Part shown: positions 45,854 to 58,600 of the stretch, one piece after another
Layout of the letters: each line of letters starts with the position of its first letter
Numbering within the stretch: position 1 is the first letter of the stretch
NCBI RefSeq assembly: GCF_009914755.1
Contig: NC_060941.1
Strand: one strand, 5' to 3'
DNA length: 64,000 bases
Source: the human T2T-CHM13v2.0 reference genome, Homo sapiens
Program-made: the position numbers and the translations under genes
Notes under the pieces: model-generated
The model's database searches: none
What the model was told of the DNA's origin: nothing
What the model saw: only the letters and a program-made list of their open reading frames with translations

Positions 45854-46156
45854 GGCCAGGCTCAGTGGCTCAACCTGTAATCCCAGCACTTTGGGAGGCT
45901 GAGGCAGGCATATCATGAGATCAGGAGATCGAGACCATCCTGGCTAACACGGTGAAACCCCATCTCTACTATAATACAAAAAATTAGCCGGGCGTGGTTG
46001 AAGGTGCCTTTAGTCCCAGCTACTCAGAAGTCTGAGGCAGGAGAATGGCCTGTACCCAGGAGGAGGAGCTTGTGGTGAGTGGAGATCATGCCACTGCACT
46101 CCAGCTTGGGCGACAGAGCGAGATTCCATCTCAAAAATAAAATATAAAAAGAAAAA
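45854..46156 (+). mobile_element. AluY-like element
   Basis: Dimeric Alu with Y-type diagnostics gagatcgagaccatcctggctaacacgg, tagtcccagc and ggagaatggc; A-rich tail. Confidence 0.93.
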
Positions 46157-46764
46157 GAATTTCTGTCTTGTTTCCTCATTAATGTTGGTTGAAAGCATGT
46201 TTGCACTTGTCTTTGAGTTGTGTTTTATTAACATCGTTTGGCATATTAAAAGTCCCTCTGAGCTTACCTTGTATAAAAAAATGTAAGAAGGACTATGAGG
46301 CAGAGGGGCTGGTGTGAGCACATGCTGGGCAGGAGGAAAGAGGTAATGATCAGGACCAGAGAAATCCCCAAACCCATCAAGTCAGGGAGCCAAATGAAAG
46401 CCTTTCATCCTGTATCGGCCACCTAACCCCATCGACACTCCAAGTGAACATTCTCTCTTAGAGATACTCATTGTCTTGTTTTTTCTGTAACCTTGCAAAG
46501 GAATCTGATTTCTTCCATTGGCCTTTCACAGAACAAAGATTTCACATTAGAATGCTATTCTTTAGAAGGCATCTTCTTAGGTTAGGCTGCAAGGAGATTG
46601 AGGAAGTTACTGTCAGTCACTTATACTCCACAGGGATATTAATTTACCAGAGCTTTGGTGGAGTAGAGGAGCTCATTACAAGCAGGTCTGGATGCTGCAC
46701 AGAGTGTAAAGGGGGCAGAAGGATCCAGGACACCTAGGCCTGGAGATAGCGCCAATACTGGGAG

Positions 46765-46900
46765 GTACCGTTATTTTCCCCATTTTACAGAGGAGGAAAC
46801 AGACACTGGCAGGTAATGTGATCAAGACCATGCTGCCCCGCAGTACAGGAGCCAGGATCTAAACCCAGGCAGCCTCCATTGCCATCAGTGCTCTCACCCA
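46765..46900 (-). mobile_element. MIR fragment
   Basis: ttattttccccattttacagaggaggaaacagacac...ggagccaggatctaaacccaggcag. Confidence 0.8.
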
Positions 46901-46949
46901 TAACCTCGTGGTGCCCTTAAGCAGGATTGCCCTGTGGCCACGGGCACAG

Positions 46950-47112
46950 CTTCTGGGTTCACATTCCAGCTTCTCTACAGTTTCCAGCTGTGTGACCTTG
47001 GGCAAGTTACTTGTCTGTGCTCAGCGTCCTCTGCACAGTGGGTATAGCAATACCAGCCTCATGGAGTCCCTTAAGTGAGTTAATCACTGTAACATGCTTA
47101 GAATGGTGCCAT
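46950..47112 (+). mobile_element. MIR fragment
   Basis: ctgggttcacattccagct...agctgtgtgaccttgggcaagttactt...atgcttagaatggtgcc. Confidence 0.85.
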
Positions 47113-47847
47113 GTGCATCGTCACCATCCAGTACATATGGGCCATCATGCCTGAATCCTGGATGGATTAAAAGTCCCTCTGAGCTTACCTTCTCTAAAAA
47201 AATGTAAGAAAAAGGATCTGTGGGAAGCACTATGATGCAGAGGGGCTGGTGTGAGCATATGCTGGGCAGGAGGAAAGAGGTAATGACCAGGACCATTGAA
47301 GGGTCTAAAATGACCAGGATCCTTGAAGGGTCTAAAATCTAGGATCCTGAAATGCTGGGCAGTGAGATCCTGAAATCCTCCGGCAGCATTTTAACATATT
47401 TTGGCTGCAAAATTTTACCCTGCTTCCCGGGGCTAGAAGGTGTGGGATCAGCTGCTTCCTCAGTTCAGCCCCAAAGTAGGCAAAGAAGGTTTTGTCACAG
47501 GCTTGTCTAGGGCCCAGCCCCTGTAACCTCCCCTTCTCCCTCCTTTGCATGCTCCCTCACCCATATTCACACATGCACTCCAGGCCTTCTGGGCCCCAAG
47601 GGAAGGAGAGAGGGTGGGGAGTGGGTTCATTGGTCTACCGAAGCATGCTGCCTTCAGCCCTGCTGAATTGCTGGGTCCAGGGAATAGGCCTGCAGCTGAA
47701 GGGGTCTTGCCCTTCCTTTAACTTTAAACTTTGATTTGCAGTGATCCAAGAGCTTCATCTCTTCCTGTGAGCCTGTCTGGATGTTTATGCTGGATGGCAC
47801 GGGTTCCTTCTGGCAGGGGTGCACAGGCCAGGGCATGGCTGGCAGCC

Positions 47848-48029
47848 ATGGCATATGAGGAGACCTTGGCAGATGAGAAGACCTTCTGCTTCAGCTTCAA
47901 TGTATGGGTCTTCTGACTCTCAGTACATTCCTCCTGAGCCATGATGGGCCCCAGTTCAATGAAACCTTCTGCGGCAGCATCATGGTGTCCAGGGGTATAA
48001 TCTGGAGCATGTGCCAGTGCTACCCCAAG
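47848..48029 (+). pseudogene. BSND: BSND (barttin) exon-1 unprocessed pseudogene fragment (BSNDP-type)
   Basis: Two frames read [12 protein letters not shown] / [41 protein letters not shown] versus barttin [59 protein letters not shown]. Homology ends at AAG|GTATGT splice donor (48030). Frameshift near 47905 gives TGA at 47914-47916. Confidence 0.93.
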
Positions 48030-48159
48030 GTATGTGGTTGTGGGGCTGAGTGGAGCCCGAAGGGCAGGATCTTGTACCTCTCTTCCATGTATCAGCCCCA
48101 TCCTTCAATCATCTTTTTATTTTCATTTTGAATCCCTGTTTTATTCTGTCTTCTGAGCA

Positions 48160-48280
48160 CCTATCCATTCATTTATCCATTCATCCATCTATTCATCCAT
48201 CCATTCATCCCAGCATCAATCTATCAATCCATGCATCCATCCATTTATTTGTCTAACCACCCACCCATCTATCTGTCTAT
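48160..48280 (+). repeat. (TCCA)n-like degenerate tetranucleotide repeat
   Basis: tatccattcatttatccattcatccatctattcatccatccattcatcc... Confidence 0.85.
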
Positions 48281-48394
48281 CATTTAGCATAAGGATTGAT
48301 CAGAAGCCTCCTGGTTCTGGAGCCATAGACCAGACACCATGGGGAGACATGATGAAAAACAACATATGATTTGTGTGCTTGAAACAAAAGCTAA

Positions 48395-49165
48395 TGAGTG
48401 CTTACCACCTGCCTGGTAGTCCTGCATTCAGGGTGCAGTTCTCCCCTCATCCTGAGCTTTTTGGTACCTTCTATAGTTTCATTTTGTAGTAGAGAACGCT
48501 GAGCCTCATAAAGTGGGGTCACACAGCTGCGTAGTGGAGTTTGGATTGGAGTTCAGATGTGTGTGACTTAGGCATCACCCTCTGCCTTGAGTCCTCCACT
48601 CTAGGGTCCCAGAACTGCTGAACATTCTGGGGTTGGTCAGCTCTAACCTTGGTGGCATGCATTGAGCAACTCTCCATATTTTGGTGTCTTAATATATTCC
48701 TGGCCTTAGTGATGGCAAGCACCATTCTTTGGGAGACCTGGGTTCTAGTTCCAGTCCTGTCCCAAACTTTCTGTGTGATCTTTGTCTTTCTGAGTCCAGT
48801 ATTTGCATCTGCGTAATAGGACACAAGCACCAACTTTCACAGCCTCATAGGGCTATTACAGAGGTCAGAGAAGAAAAGAGATATACGAATATTAGTAGAC
48901 AGTAGAGTGTTTTGTTTAGGTGAAGTGCTGTCAGGTCCTGATAACCCTCTGGAATGAACATGTCAGAAGTTGTAAACCTTCAATGCCCAGAGAGGTGGAG
49001 CGACTCTTCCAAGGTCACATAGCTAGTCAGAAACAGACCTAGGGGAAAAAATTGAGAGAAACATGGAATCTAACTTGGGCTCTGTCTCTAACTGCCTGGG
49101 AGACTGCTCAAGCCCCTTCCCTCTCTAAGCCTCAGTTTCCTTGTTTTTACAATATGTGAGACAGG
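48395..49165. mobile_element. Cluster of MIR fragments in both orientations
   Basis: tttcattttgtagtagagaacgctgag, gagacctgggttctagttccagtcctgtc, ttccaaggtcacatagctagt, ctctctaagcctcagtttccttgttt. Confidence 0.7.
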
Positions 49166-49676
49166 ATGAGGGGATGTATGGGGATGATATCTGGAGGCCT
49201 TGCTAGAACTCACCTCTAGAGCCCAGGCTTGGGAATCCTTGGAAACCCCATATTGTCCTTTACATCTGGATGGCTGTGCTCAAGGGCTCAGGGAGTGGGG
49301 ACCCTTGTGGCCCTGGACGCCCTAGCCCTTCCCCTTCTGTGGGTCCACCCTGTGCTGTCAGCGTGTTAGGTGCTGGAATGGTCTGAGCTGATTTGTAGTC
49401 ATTTCCGAGGAAGTTTATGGTAACCTCACCTCTGTCCATGCCATGTCCTGAGCAGAGGTCCCCGGGAGAAGTCCTGGAGGCCAGAGCTACCCATGTCACA
49501 ACTAGCCATGGTAGTCCTCTTCCCAATGAGGAGGCTGCAACCTGGGAGATGGCATCGGGTGGAAAGGGACATCTGTCCTAACCTCCTCATTAAGCAGAGG
49601 TGGCTCTGGGACTGTGGGAAGGGATACTGGAGAGGCAGCGGGTAACGAAGTGGAGGAGTAAATATTTCAGGGTACT

Positions 49677-52600
49677 AATAGAATAGAATGGACTCGAATG
49701 TAATGGATTACAAAGTATTTGATTAGAATGGAATAGATTCAAATGGAATGTAATCCAATGGAATGGAATGCAATGCAATGGAATGGAATAGAATGCAAAG
49801 CAAGGGAATGGAATGTAGTGGAATCGGGTGGAATGGCATCAAATGGAATGGACTGGAATGGAATGGACTCGAATGGAATGCACTGGAGTGGATTGTACTC
49901 GAAAGTAATGGAAACGAATGGAATGGAATGGAATGGAAAGGAATAGAATGGAATGGAATCAGATCGACCGGAATGGAATGGAATGGAGTCGAAAGGAATA
50001 GAATTGAATGGAATGGACTCGAATGGAATGGACTCGAATGGAATAGAATCGAATGGAATGGCATTGAATGGAATGGAATGGAATGGAAAGGAATGGACCC
50101 AAATGAAATGGACATGAAGGGAATGGACTCAAATAGAAAGGAACCAAAAGAAATGGTCTCGAATGGAATTTATTCGAATAGAATGGAATCAAAAGGAATG
50201 CAATAGTGTCAAATGGAATCGAATGTAATGAAATCGAATGGATTGCACTGGAATGGAATGGAGTGGAACAGAACTGAGTCGAATGTAGTGGATTGCAATG
50301 TAATTGATTCAAATGGAATCGAATCGAATGGAATGGAATTGAATGGAATGGACCAAAATGGAATGGACTGGAATAGAACAGACTCGAACGTAATGGACAG
50401 CAGTGTAATTGATTTGAACGGAATGGAATTGAATGCAATGTAATCAAATTGAATGGAATTGAATGAAAAGAAATGGAATAAAATTGAATGCAATGGAATG
50501 GAATGGAGCGGAATCGAGTGGAATGGAATTGAATGGAATGGAATCAAATGGAATGGACTGGAATGGAATGGACTCGAATGGAATTGACTGGAACAAAATG
50601 GAAAAGAACGGAATAGAATAGAATGGAACGGAATGGAATGGAATGGACTCAAATGGAATGGACTGGAATGGAATGGACTGGAGTGGAATGGACTCGAATG
50701 TAGTGGAAACGAATGGAATGGAAGGGAATGGAACGGAATGGAATAGAATGGAATGGAATCAGATGGAACGGAATGGAATAGAATGGAGTCGAATGTCATA
50801 GAGTTGAAAGAAATGGCTAAGAATGGAATGTGGAATGGAATGCACTCAAATCGAATGGACTTGAATGGAATAGAATCGAATGGAATGGTATCCAATGGAA
50901 CGGAAAGGAATGGAATGGAATGGAACGGACCAAAATGTAATGGACTCGAATGGAATGGACTCAAATAAAATGGACTCAAAAGCAATGATCTCGAATGGTA
51001 ATTATTCGAAAGGAATGGAATCGAATGGAATGCAATAGTATGGAATGGAATCTAATGGAATGGAATCAAAAGGAATGGACCGGAATGGAATGGACTGGAA
51101 TAGAAAGGATTCAAATGTAATGGATTGCAATATAATTGATTCCAATGGAATGGAATTGAATGACATGGAAGGCAAACGAATGGAATGGAATGGAATGCAA
51201 TGGAATGGAATGGAATGGTAAGGAATAGAATGGAATGGAATCAGATGGAAAGAAATTGAATGGAATGAAATCGAATGGAATAGAACTGAGAAGAATGGCA
51301 TCAAATTGAATGGAATGGACTCGAATGCAATAGACTCGAATGTAATAGAAAAGAATGGAATGGCATTGAATGGAATGGTATGCAATGGAATGGACTCAAA
51401 TAGAATGGACTCGAAAAAAATGGTCTCCTTTGGAATTTATTCGTACATAATGGAATTAAATGGAATGCAATAGTACGGAATGGAATTGAATGAAATGGAA
51501 CAGAATGGAATAGACCGGAATGGAATGGACTGGAATAGAATGGACTTGAATGTAATGGATTGCAATTTAATAGATTCGAATGGAATGTAATCAAAAGGAA
51601 TGTAATCAAATGGAATGGAAAGGAATGCAATGGAAATGAACAGAATGGAATGTAACAAAATGGAATAGAATGGAATTCAATGGAAAGAACGAATTGGAAT
51701 GGGGTGAAATGGAATTGAATTGAATTGAATCGAATGGATTGGAATCGAATGGAAAGGACTGGAATGGAATGGACCCAAATGTAATGGACTCTAATGGAAT
51801 GGACTCAAACAGAATGGACTCAGAAGGAATGGTCTCGAATGGAATTTTTTCAGATAGAATGGATTCGAATGGAATGCAATAGTATGGAATGGAATCAAAT
51901 AGTATGTAATAGAATGAAATGGACCGGAATGGAATAGACTGGAATAGAATGGACTCGAATGTAATGAATTGCTATGTAATTGATTCAAATGGATTGGAAT
52001 CAACAGGAATGAAATCAAGTGGAATGGAATGGAATGCAATGGAATGGAATAGAATGGAATTGAACGGAACGGAACAGAGTGGAATCGGGTGGAATAGAAT
52101 CGAATGGAATGGAATTGAATGGGGTGGAATCAAATGGAATATACTGAAATGGAATGGACTCGAATGAAATAGACTGGAACAAAATGGAATCGAATTGAAC
52201 GGAAAGGAATAGAATGGCATGGAATGGACTGGAATGGAATGGACTCGAATGGAATGGAACAGAATGGAGTGGAGTCGAATGGGATTGAACAGAATGGAAC
52301 GGAATTGATTGGAATGGAAATGAATGGAATAGAAAGGAATAGAATGGAATGGAGTGTAATGGAATGATATCAAATTGAATGGAATTGAATGGACTCGAAC
52401 GGATTGGACTGGAATGGAATGGACTCAAATGGAATGTACTGGAGTGGAATGGATTAAATGGAATGGAAAAGAAAGGAATGGAAAAGAAAGGAATGGAATG
52501 GAATGTAAAGGAATAGAATGGAATGGAATGGAATGGAATGGAATGGAGTGGAATGGAATAGAATCTAATGGAATGGCATAGAATGGAATGGAGTGGAATG

Positions 52601-55600
52601 GAATGAAATAGAATGGAATCGAATGGAATGGACTCTAATGGAATAGAATACAATGGAATGACATCGAATGGAATGGAATGGAATGGAATGGAATGGATTC
52701 GAATGCAATGGAATGGAATGGAAGGGACCCAAATGTAATGGACTTGAATGGAATGGAATCAAACACAATGGACTCGAAAGGAATGGTCTCGAATGGAATT
52801 TATTTGAATAGAATGGAATTGAATGAAATACAATAGTATGGAGGGGCATCAAATGGAATGGAATCAAATGGAATGGACTGGAATGGAGTGGACTGGGATA
52901 GAATGGACTCGAATGGAATGGATTGCAATGTATTTGTTTCAAAAGGAATGGAATCGAATGGAATGTAATCAAATGGAATGGAAGGGAATGCAATGGAATG
53001 GAATAGAATGAATTGCAATGGAATGTAACGGAGTGGAATCAAGTGGAATGGAATCGAATGAAATGGAATCGAATGGAATGGAATTGAATGGAATGGAGTG
53101 GAATGTAATGGACTCGAATAGAATGGACTGCCACAAAATGGAACCCAACGGATTGGAATAGAATGGAACAGAATAGAATGGAGAGGACAGGAGTGTCATC
53201 GAATGGAATGGCATCACATGGAATGGACTGGAATGGAATGCAATGGAATGTACTCAAATGGAACGGACTCGAATTGAATATAATCAAATGTAATGGAATC
53301 GAGTGGAGTGGAATGGAATGGGATGGCATGGAATGGAATGGACCCGAATGTAATGGACTCGAATGGAATGAACTCAAATAGAATGGACTCAAGCGGAATG
53401 GTTGCATATGGAATATAATCAAATAGAATGTAATCAAATGGAATACAGTAGTATGTAATGGAATCGAATGGAATGGAATTGAATGGAAAGGACCACAATG
53501 GAATGGACTGGAATAGAACGGACTCCAATGTAACGGATTGCTATGTAATTGAAATGAATGGAATGGAATATAATGGAATGTAATCAAATGGAATGGAATG
53601 CAATGCAATGGAATGGAATAGAATGGAATGCAACGGAATGGACAAGATTGGAATCGAGTAGAATGGAATCGAATGGAATGGAATCGAAGGGAATGGACAG
53701 GAACAAAATGGAATCGAACGGATTGGAATTGAATGGAATGGAATTGAACGGATTCGAAGGGACTCGAATGAAATGGAGTCGAATGGAATGGAATTGAATG
53801 GAATGGAATTCAATGGAATCAAAAGGAATAGAATGAATGGAGTGTAATGGAAAGCTAACAAATTGAATGGAATGGAATGGAATGGAATGGACTCGAATGG
53901 AATGGTGTCGAATAGAATGGAATCTATTGCAATGGAATCGAATGGAATGGAATTGAATGGAATCGAGAGGAATAGAATGGAAAGTACTGTGATGGAAAAA
54001 TATTGAATGGAATGGAACAGAATGGACTCGAAAGGAATGGACTAGAATGGAATGTACTTGAATGGAATGGACTGCAGTGGAATGGACTCGAATGCAATGG
54101 AAGCGAATGGAATGGAATGGAAAGGAATGGAATGGAATGGAACGGAAAGGATTAGAATGAAATGGAATCGGATGCAACGGAATCGAATGGAATGGAGTCA
54201 AATGGAATAGAATCGATTTGAAAGTCATTGAATGGACTGGAATGGAATGAATTCGAATCGAATGGACTGGAAAAAAATGGAATCGAATGGATTGGAATCG
54301 AAGGGAACGGAATGGAATGGAATGTACCCAAAAGTAATGGACTCGAATGGAATGGACTCAAATAGAATGGACATGAAAGGAATGGTCTCGAATGGAAATT
54401 ATTGGAACAGATTGGAATCGAATGGAATGCAAAAGTATAGAATGCAATCGAATGGAATGTAATCGAATGTAATGGACGGGAACGGAATGGACTCGATTGG
54501 AATGGACTGGATTCGAATGAACTCCAAAGGAAAGGAAACGAATGGCATGGATTGGAATGGAATTTAATGAAAGGGAATAGAATGGAATGAAATCGGATGG
54601 AACTGAATGGAATGGAATGGAGTCGAATGGAATAGAATTGTATGGAATGGCATTGAACGGTATGGAATGGAATGGAATTGAATGGACTCGAATGAAATGG
54701 ACTGGAACAAAATGGAAAAGAACGGATTGGAATCGAATGGAATGGAATGGGATTGAATGGAATGGAATGGACTGAAATGGAATGGAGTCTAATGGAATAG
54801 AACCGAATGGAATGGATTCGAATGGAATGGAATTGAATGGAATCAAAAGGAATAGAATGGAATTGGGTGTAATGGAAAGATATCGAATGGAATGGAATGC
54901 AATAGATTGACTCAAATGGAATGGACTGGACTGGAATGGAATGGAATGGAATGAAATGAAATTGAAAGGAATAGAATAGAAAGGAATCGGATGGAACGGA
55001 ATGGAATGGAATGGAGTCAAATCGCATAGAATCGATTGGAATGGGATCGAATGGAATGGAAAGAAATGGACCTGAATGGAATGGACTCAAATAGAATGGA
55101 AACAAATGGAATGGAATCAATCGAATGGAAAGGAGTAGAATGGAATGGAATCGGATGGAATGAAATGGAATGGAATAGAGAAGAATGGAGGAGAATCGAA
55201 TGAAATGGCATAGAATGAAAAGGAATGGAATCGAATGGAGTGGAATGTAATGTAATCAAATATAATGGACTCCAATGAAATGGACTTAAATAGATTGGAC
55301 TCGAAAGTGTGGTCTCGAATGGAATTTATTGGAATGTAATGGAATCGAAATGAATGCAACAGTATGTAATGGAATCGAAAGGAATAGAATCGAATGGATT
55401 GAACAGGAATGAAATGGACTGGAATAGAATGGACTCGAATGTATTGGATTGCAATGTAATTGATTTGAATGAAATGGAATCGAATGGAAGGTTATCAAAT
55501 TGAATGGAAATGTAAACAATGGAATGGAATGTAATGGAATGCAACGGAATGGAATAGAGTGGAATCAAGTAGAATGGAATTGAATGGAATGTAATCAAAT

Positions 55601-58600
55601 GGAATGCAATCAAAGGGAATGGAATTGAATGGAATGGAATGCAATGGAATGTACTGGAACAAAGTGGAATCGAATGGATTGGAATCGAATGGAACGTAAA
55701 GGGATGGACTGGAATGGAATGGACTCAAATCGAATGAAGTCGAATGGAATGGAACCGAATGGAATGGAATCGAATGGAATGGAATTAAATGGAATTGAAA
55801 GGAATAGAATGGATTTAGGTGTAATTGAAATATATCGAATGGAATGGAATAAAATGGAAGGTACTCGAATGGAATTGAAAGGAATGGAATGGAATGGAAT
55901 AGAATGGAATGGAATCGGATGGAATGGAATGGAATGGAAAGGAATGGAATGGAATGGAATAGAATGGAATGGAATCAGATGGTACGGAATGGAATGGAAT
56001 GGAGTCGAATGGAATAAAATGGAATTAAATGGCATCGTATGGATTGGAATGGAATGCAATGGAATGGAATGGACACGAATGGAATGGACTCGCATGGAAT
56101 AGAATCATTTGGAATGGCATCGAATGGTATCGAATGGAATGGAATGGACCCAAATGGAATGGACTCGAATGGAATGGATTCAAATACAATGGAAAAGAAA
56201 GGAATGGTCTCAAATGGAATTTATTCAAATAGAATGGATGTGAATCGAATGCAATAGTATGGAATTGAATCAAATGGAATGGAATCGAATGTAATGGACC
56301 GGAATGCACTGGACTGGAATAGAACGGAATCGAAAGTAATGGATTGCAATGTAATTGATTCGAATGGAGTGGAATCAAATGGAATATAATTAAATGGAAT
56401 GGCATTAAATGCAATGCAATGGAATAGAGTGGAATGCAATGGAATGGAAAGGACTGGAATCGAGTTGAATGGAATCGAATTGAAAGGAATCGAATAGAAT
56501 GGAATGGAATGGAATGGATTGGAACAAAATGGAGTCGAATGGATTGGAATCGAATGGAACGGAATGGAATGGAATGGAACGGACTCCAATGTAATGGACT
56601 AGAATGGAATGGAATCAAATTCAATGGACTCGAAAGGAATGGTCTCAAATGGAATTTAATCGCATAGAATGGAATCAAATGGAATGCAATAGTGTGCAAT
56701 GCAATCGAATGGAATGGAATCGAATGGAATGTACTGGAATGGAATGGAGTTCAATAGAATGGACTCGAATGTAATACATGGCAATATAATTGATTTAAAT
56801 GCAATGGGATCGAATGGAATGTAATCAAATGGAATGGAATGGAGTGCAATTGGATGGAATATAATTGAATGTAATGGAATGGAAGGGAGTGGAATTGTGT
56901 GGAATGAAATCATATGGAATGGAATCGAATTTAATGGAATCGAATGGAATGGACTGGAATGGATTGGACTCAAATGACATGGACTGGAACAAAATGGAAT
57001 CGAATGGATTGGAATCGAACGGAATGGAATGGACACAAAAGGAATGGATTCGAAAGGAATGGAACCGAATGGAATGGAATTGAATGGAATCGAAAGGAAT
57101 AGAATGGAATGGTGTGTAATGCAAAGATATCGAATGGAATGGACTGGACTCAAATGGAATGGACTGGAATGGAATGGACTCGACTGGAATGGACTGGAGT
57201 GGAATGGACACGAATGGAATGGAAACAAATGGAATGGAATGGAATGGAAAGGAATTGAATGGGATGGAATTGGATGGAAGGAAATAGAATGGAATGGGGT
57301 GGAATGGAATAGAATCGAATGGAATGGCATCAAATGGAACGGAGTGGAATGGAATGGAATGGAATGGACACGAACGGAATAGACATGAATGGAATAGAAC
57401 AGAATGGAATGGCATGGAATGCAATGGAGTGGATTGAACCGAATGGACCCAAATGTAATGGACACGAATGGAATGGACTCAAATAGAATGGACTCGAAAC
57501 GAATGGTCTCAAATGGAAATTATTTTAATAGAATGGAATCGAATGCAATGCGATAGAATGGAATGGAATCGAATGGAGTGGAATTGAATGGAATGGACTG
57601 GAATAGAATGGACTGGAATAGAACGTGCTCGAATGTAATCGATTGCAATGTACTTGATTTGAATGGAATGGAATCAAATGGAATGTAATAAAATGGAATG
57701 TAATGGAATGCAATGGAATGTAATGAAATGCAATGGAATGGAACGGAGTGGAATCTAGAGGAATGGAATCGAATGGAATGGACTGGAATGGAATGGATTC
57801 GAAAGAAAATGTACTGGAAAAAATTAGAATTGAACAGATTGGAATTGAATGGAATGGAATGGACATGAATGGAATGGAGACAAGTGTAATGGAACTGAAT
57901 GGAATGGAATTGATTGTAATGTAATTGAGTGGAATCGAAAGGAATAGAATGGAATGAATTGTAATGGAAAGATATCGAATGGAAAGGAATGGAATGGAAT
58001 GGATTTGAATGGAATGGACTGGAATGGAATGTACAAGAATGGAATGGACTGGAGTGTAGTGGACTTCAATGGAATGGAAACGAATGGAATCGAATGGAAA
58101 GGAATGTAATGGAATGGAAAGGAATAGAATGGAATGGAATCGGATGGAACGGAATGGAATGGAATGGATTTGAATGGAATGGCATCGAATGGAATGGAAT
58201 GGAATAGAAGGGAATTTCATCGAATGGAATGGAACCCAAAGGAATGGTATTGACTGGAATGGAATGGAAAGGAACAGAATGGAATTGAAACGGATGGAAG
58301 TGAATGGAAATGGTTGGAAAGGAATGGAATGGAATGGAGTCGAAAGGAATAGAATCCAATGGAATGGCATCGAATGGATTGGAATGGAATGGAATGGACA
58401 CGAATGTGATGGACTTGAACGGAATAGAATCGAAAGGAATGGAATCGTATGGAATGGAATGGAATGGAAAGAAATGAAATGGAATGGAACCAAATGTATC
58501 GGACACGAATGGAATGGACTCAAATAGAATGGACTCGAAAGAAATGGTCTAAAATGGAATCTATTCGAATAGAATGGAATCGAATCGTATGCAACAGTAT

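Larger units (their letters stand above)
46245..47295 (+). repeat. Dispersed direct repeat: 46245-46358 and 47166-47295
   Basis: attaaaagtccctctgagcttacctt...gcagaggggctggtgtgagca(c/t)atgctgggcaggaggaaagaggtaatga(t/c)caggacca occurs twice; the first copy is ~16 bp shorter. Confidence 0.93.

Noticed and set aside
47904-48131. 75-aa ORF as a functional mini-barttin
   Set aside because: Starts at a frameshift site, lacks the N-terminus, has indels relative to barttin and runs into intron.
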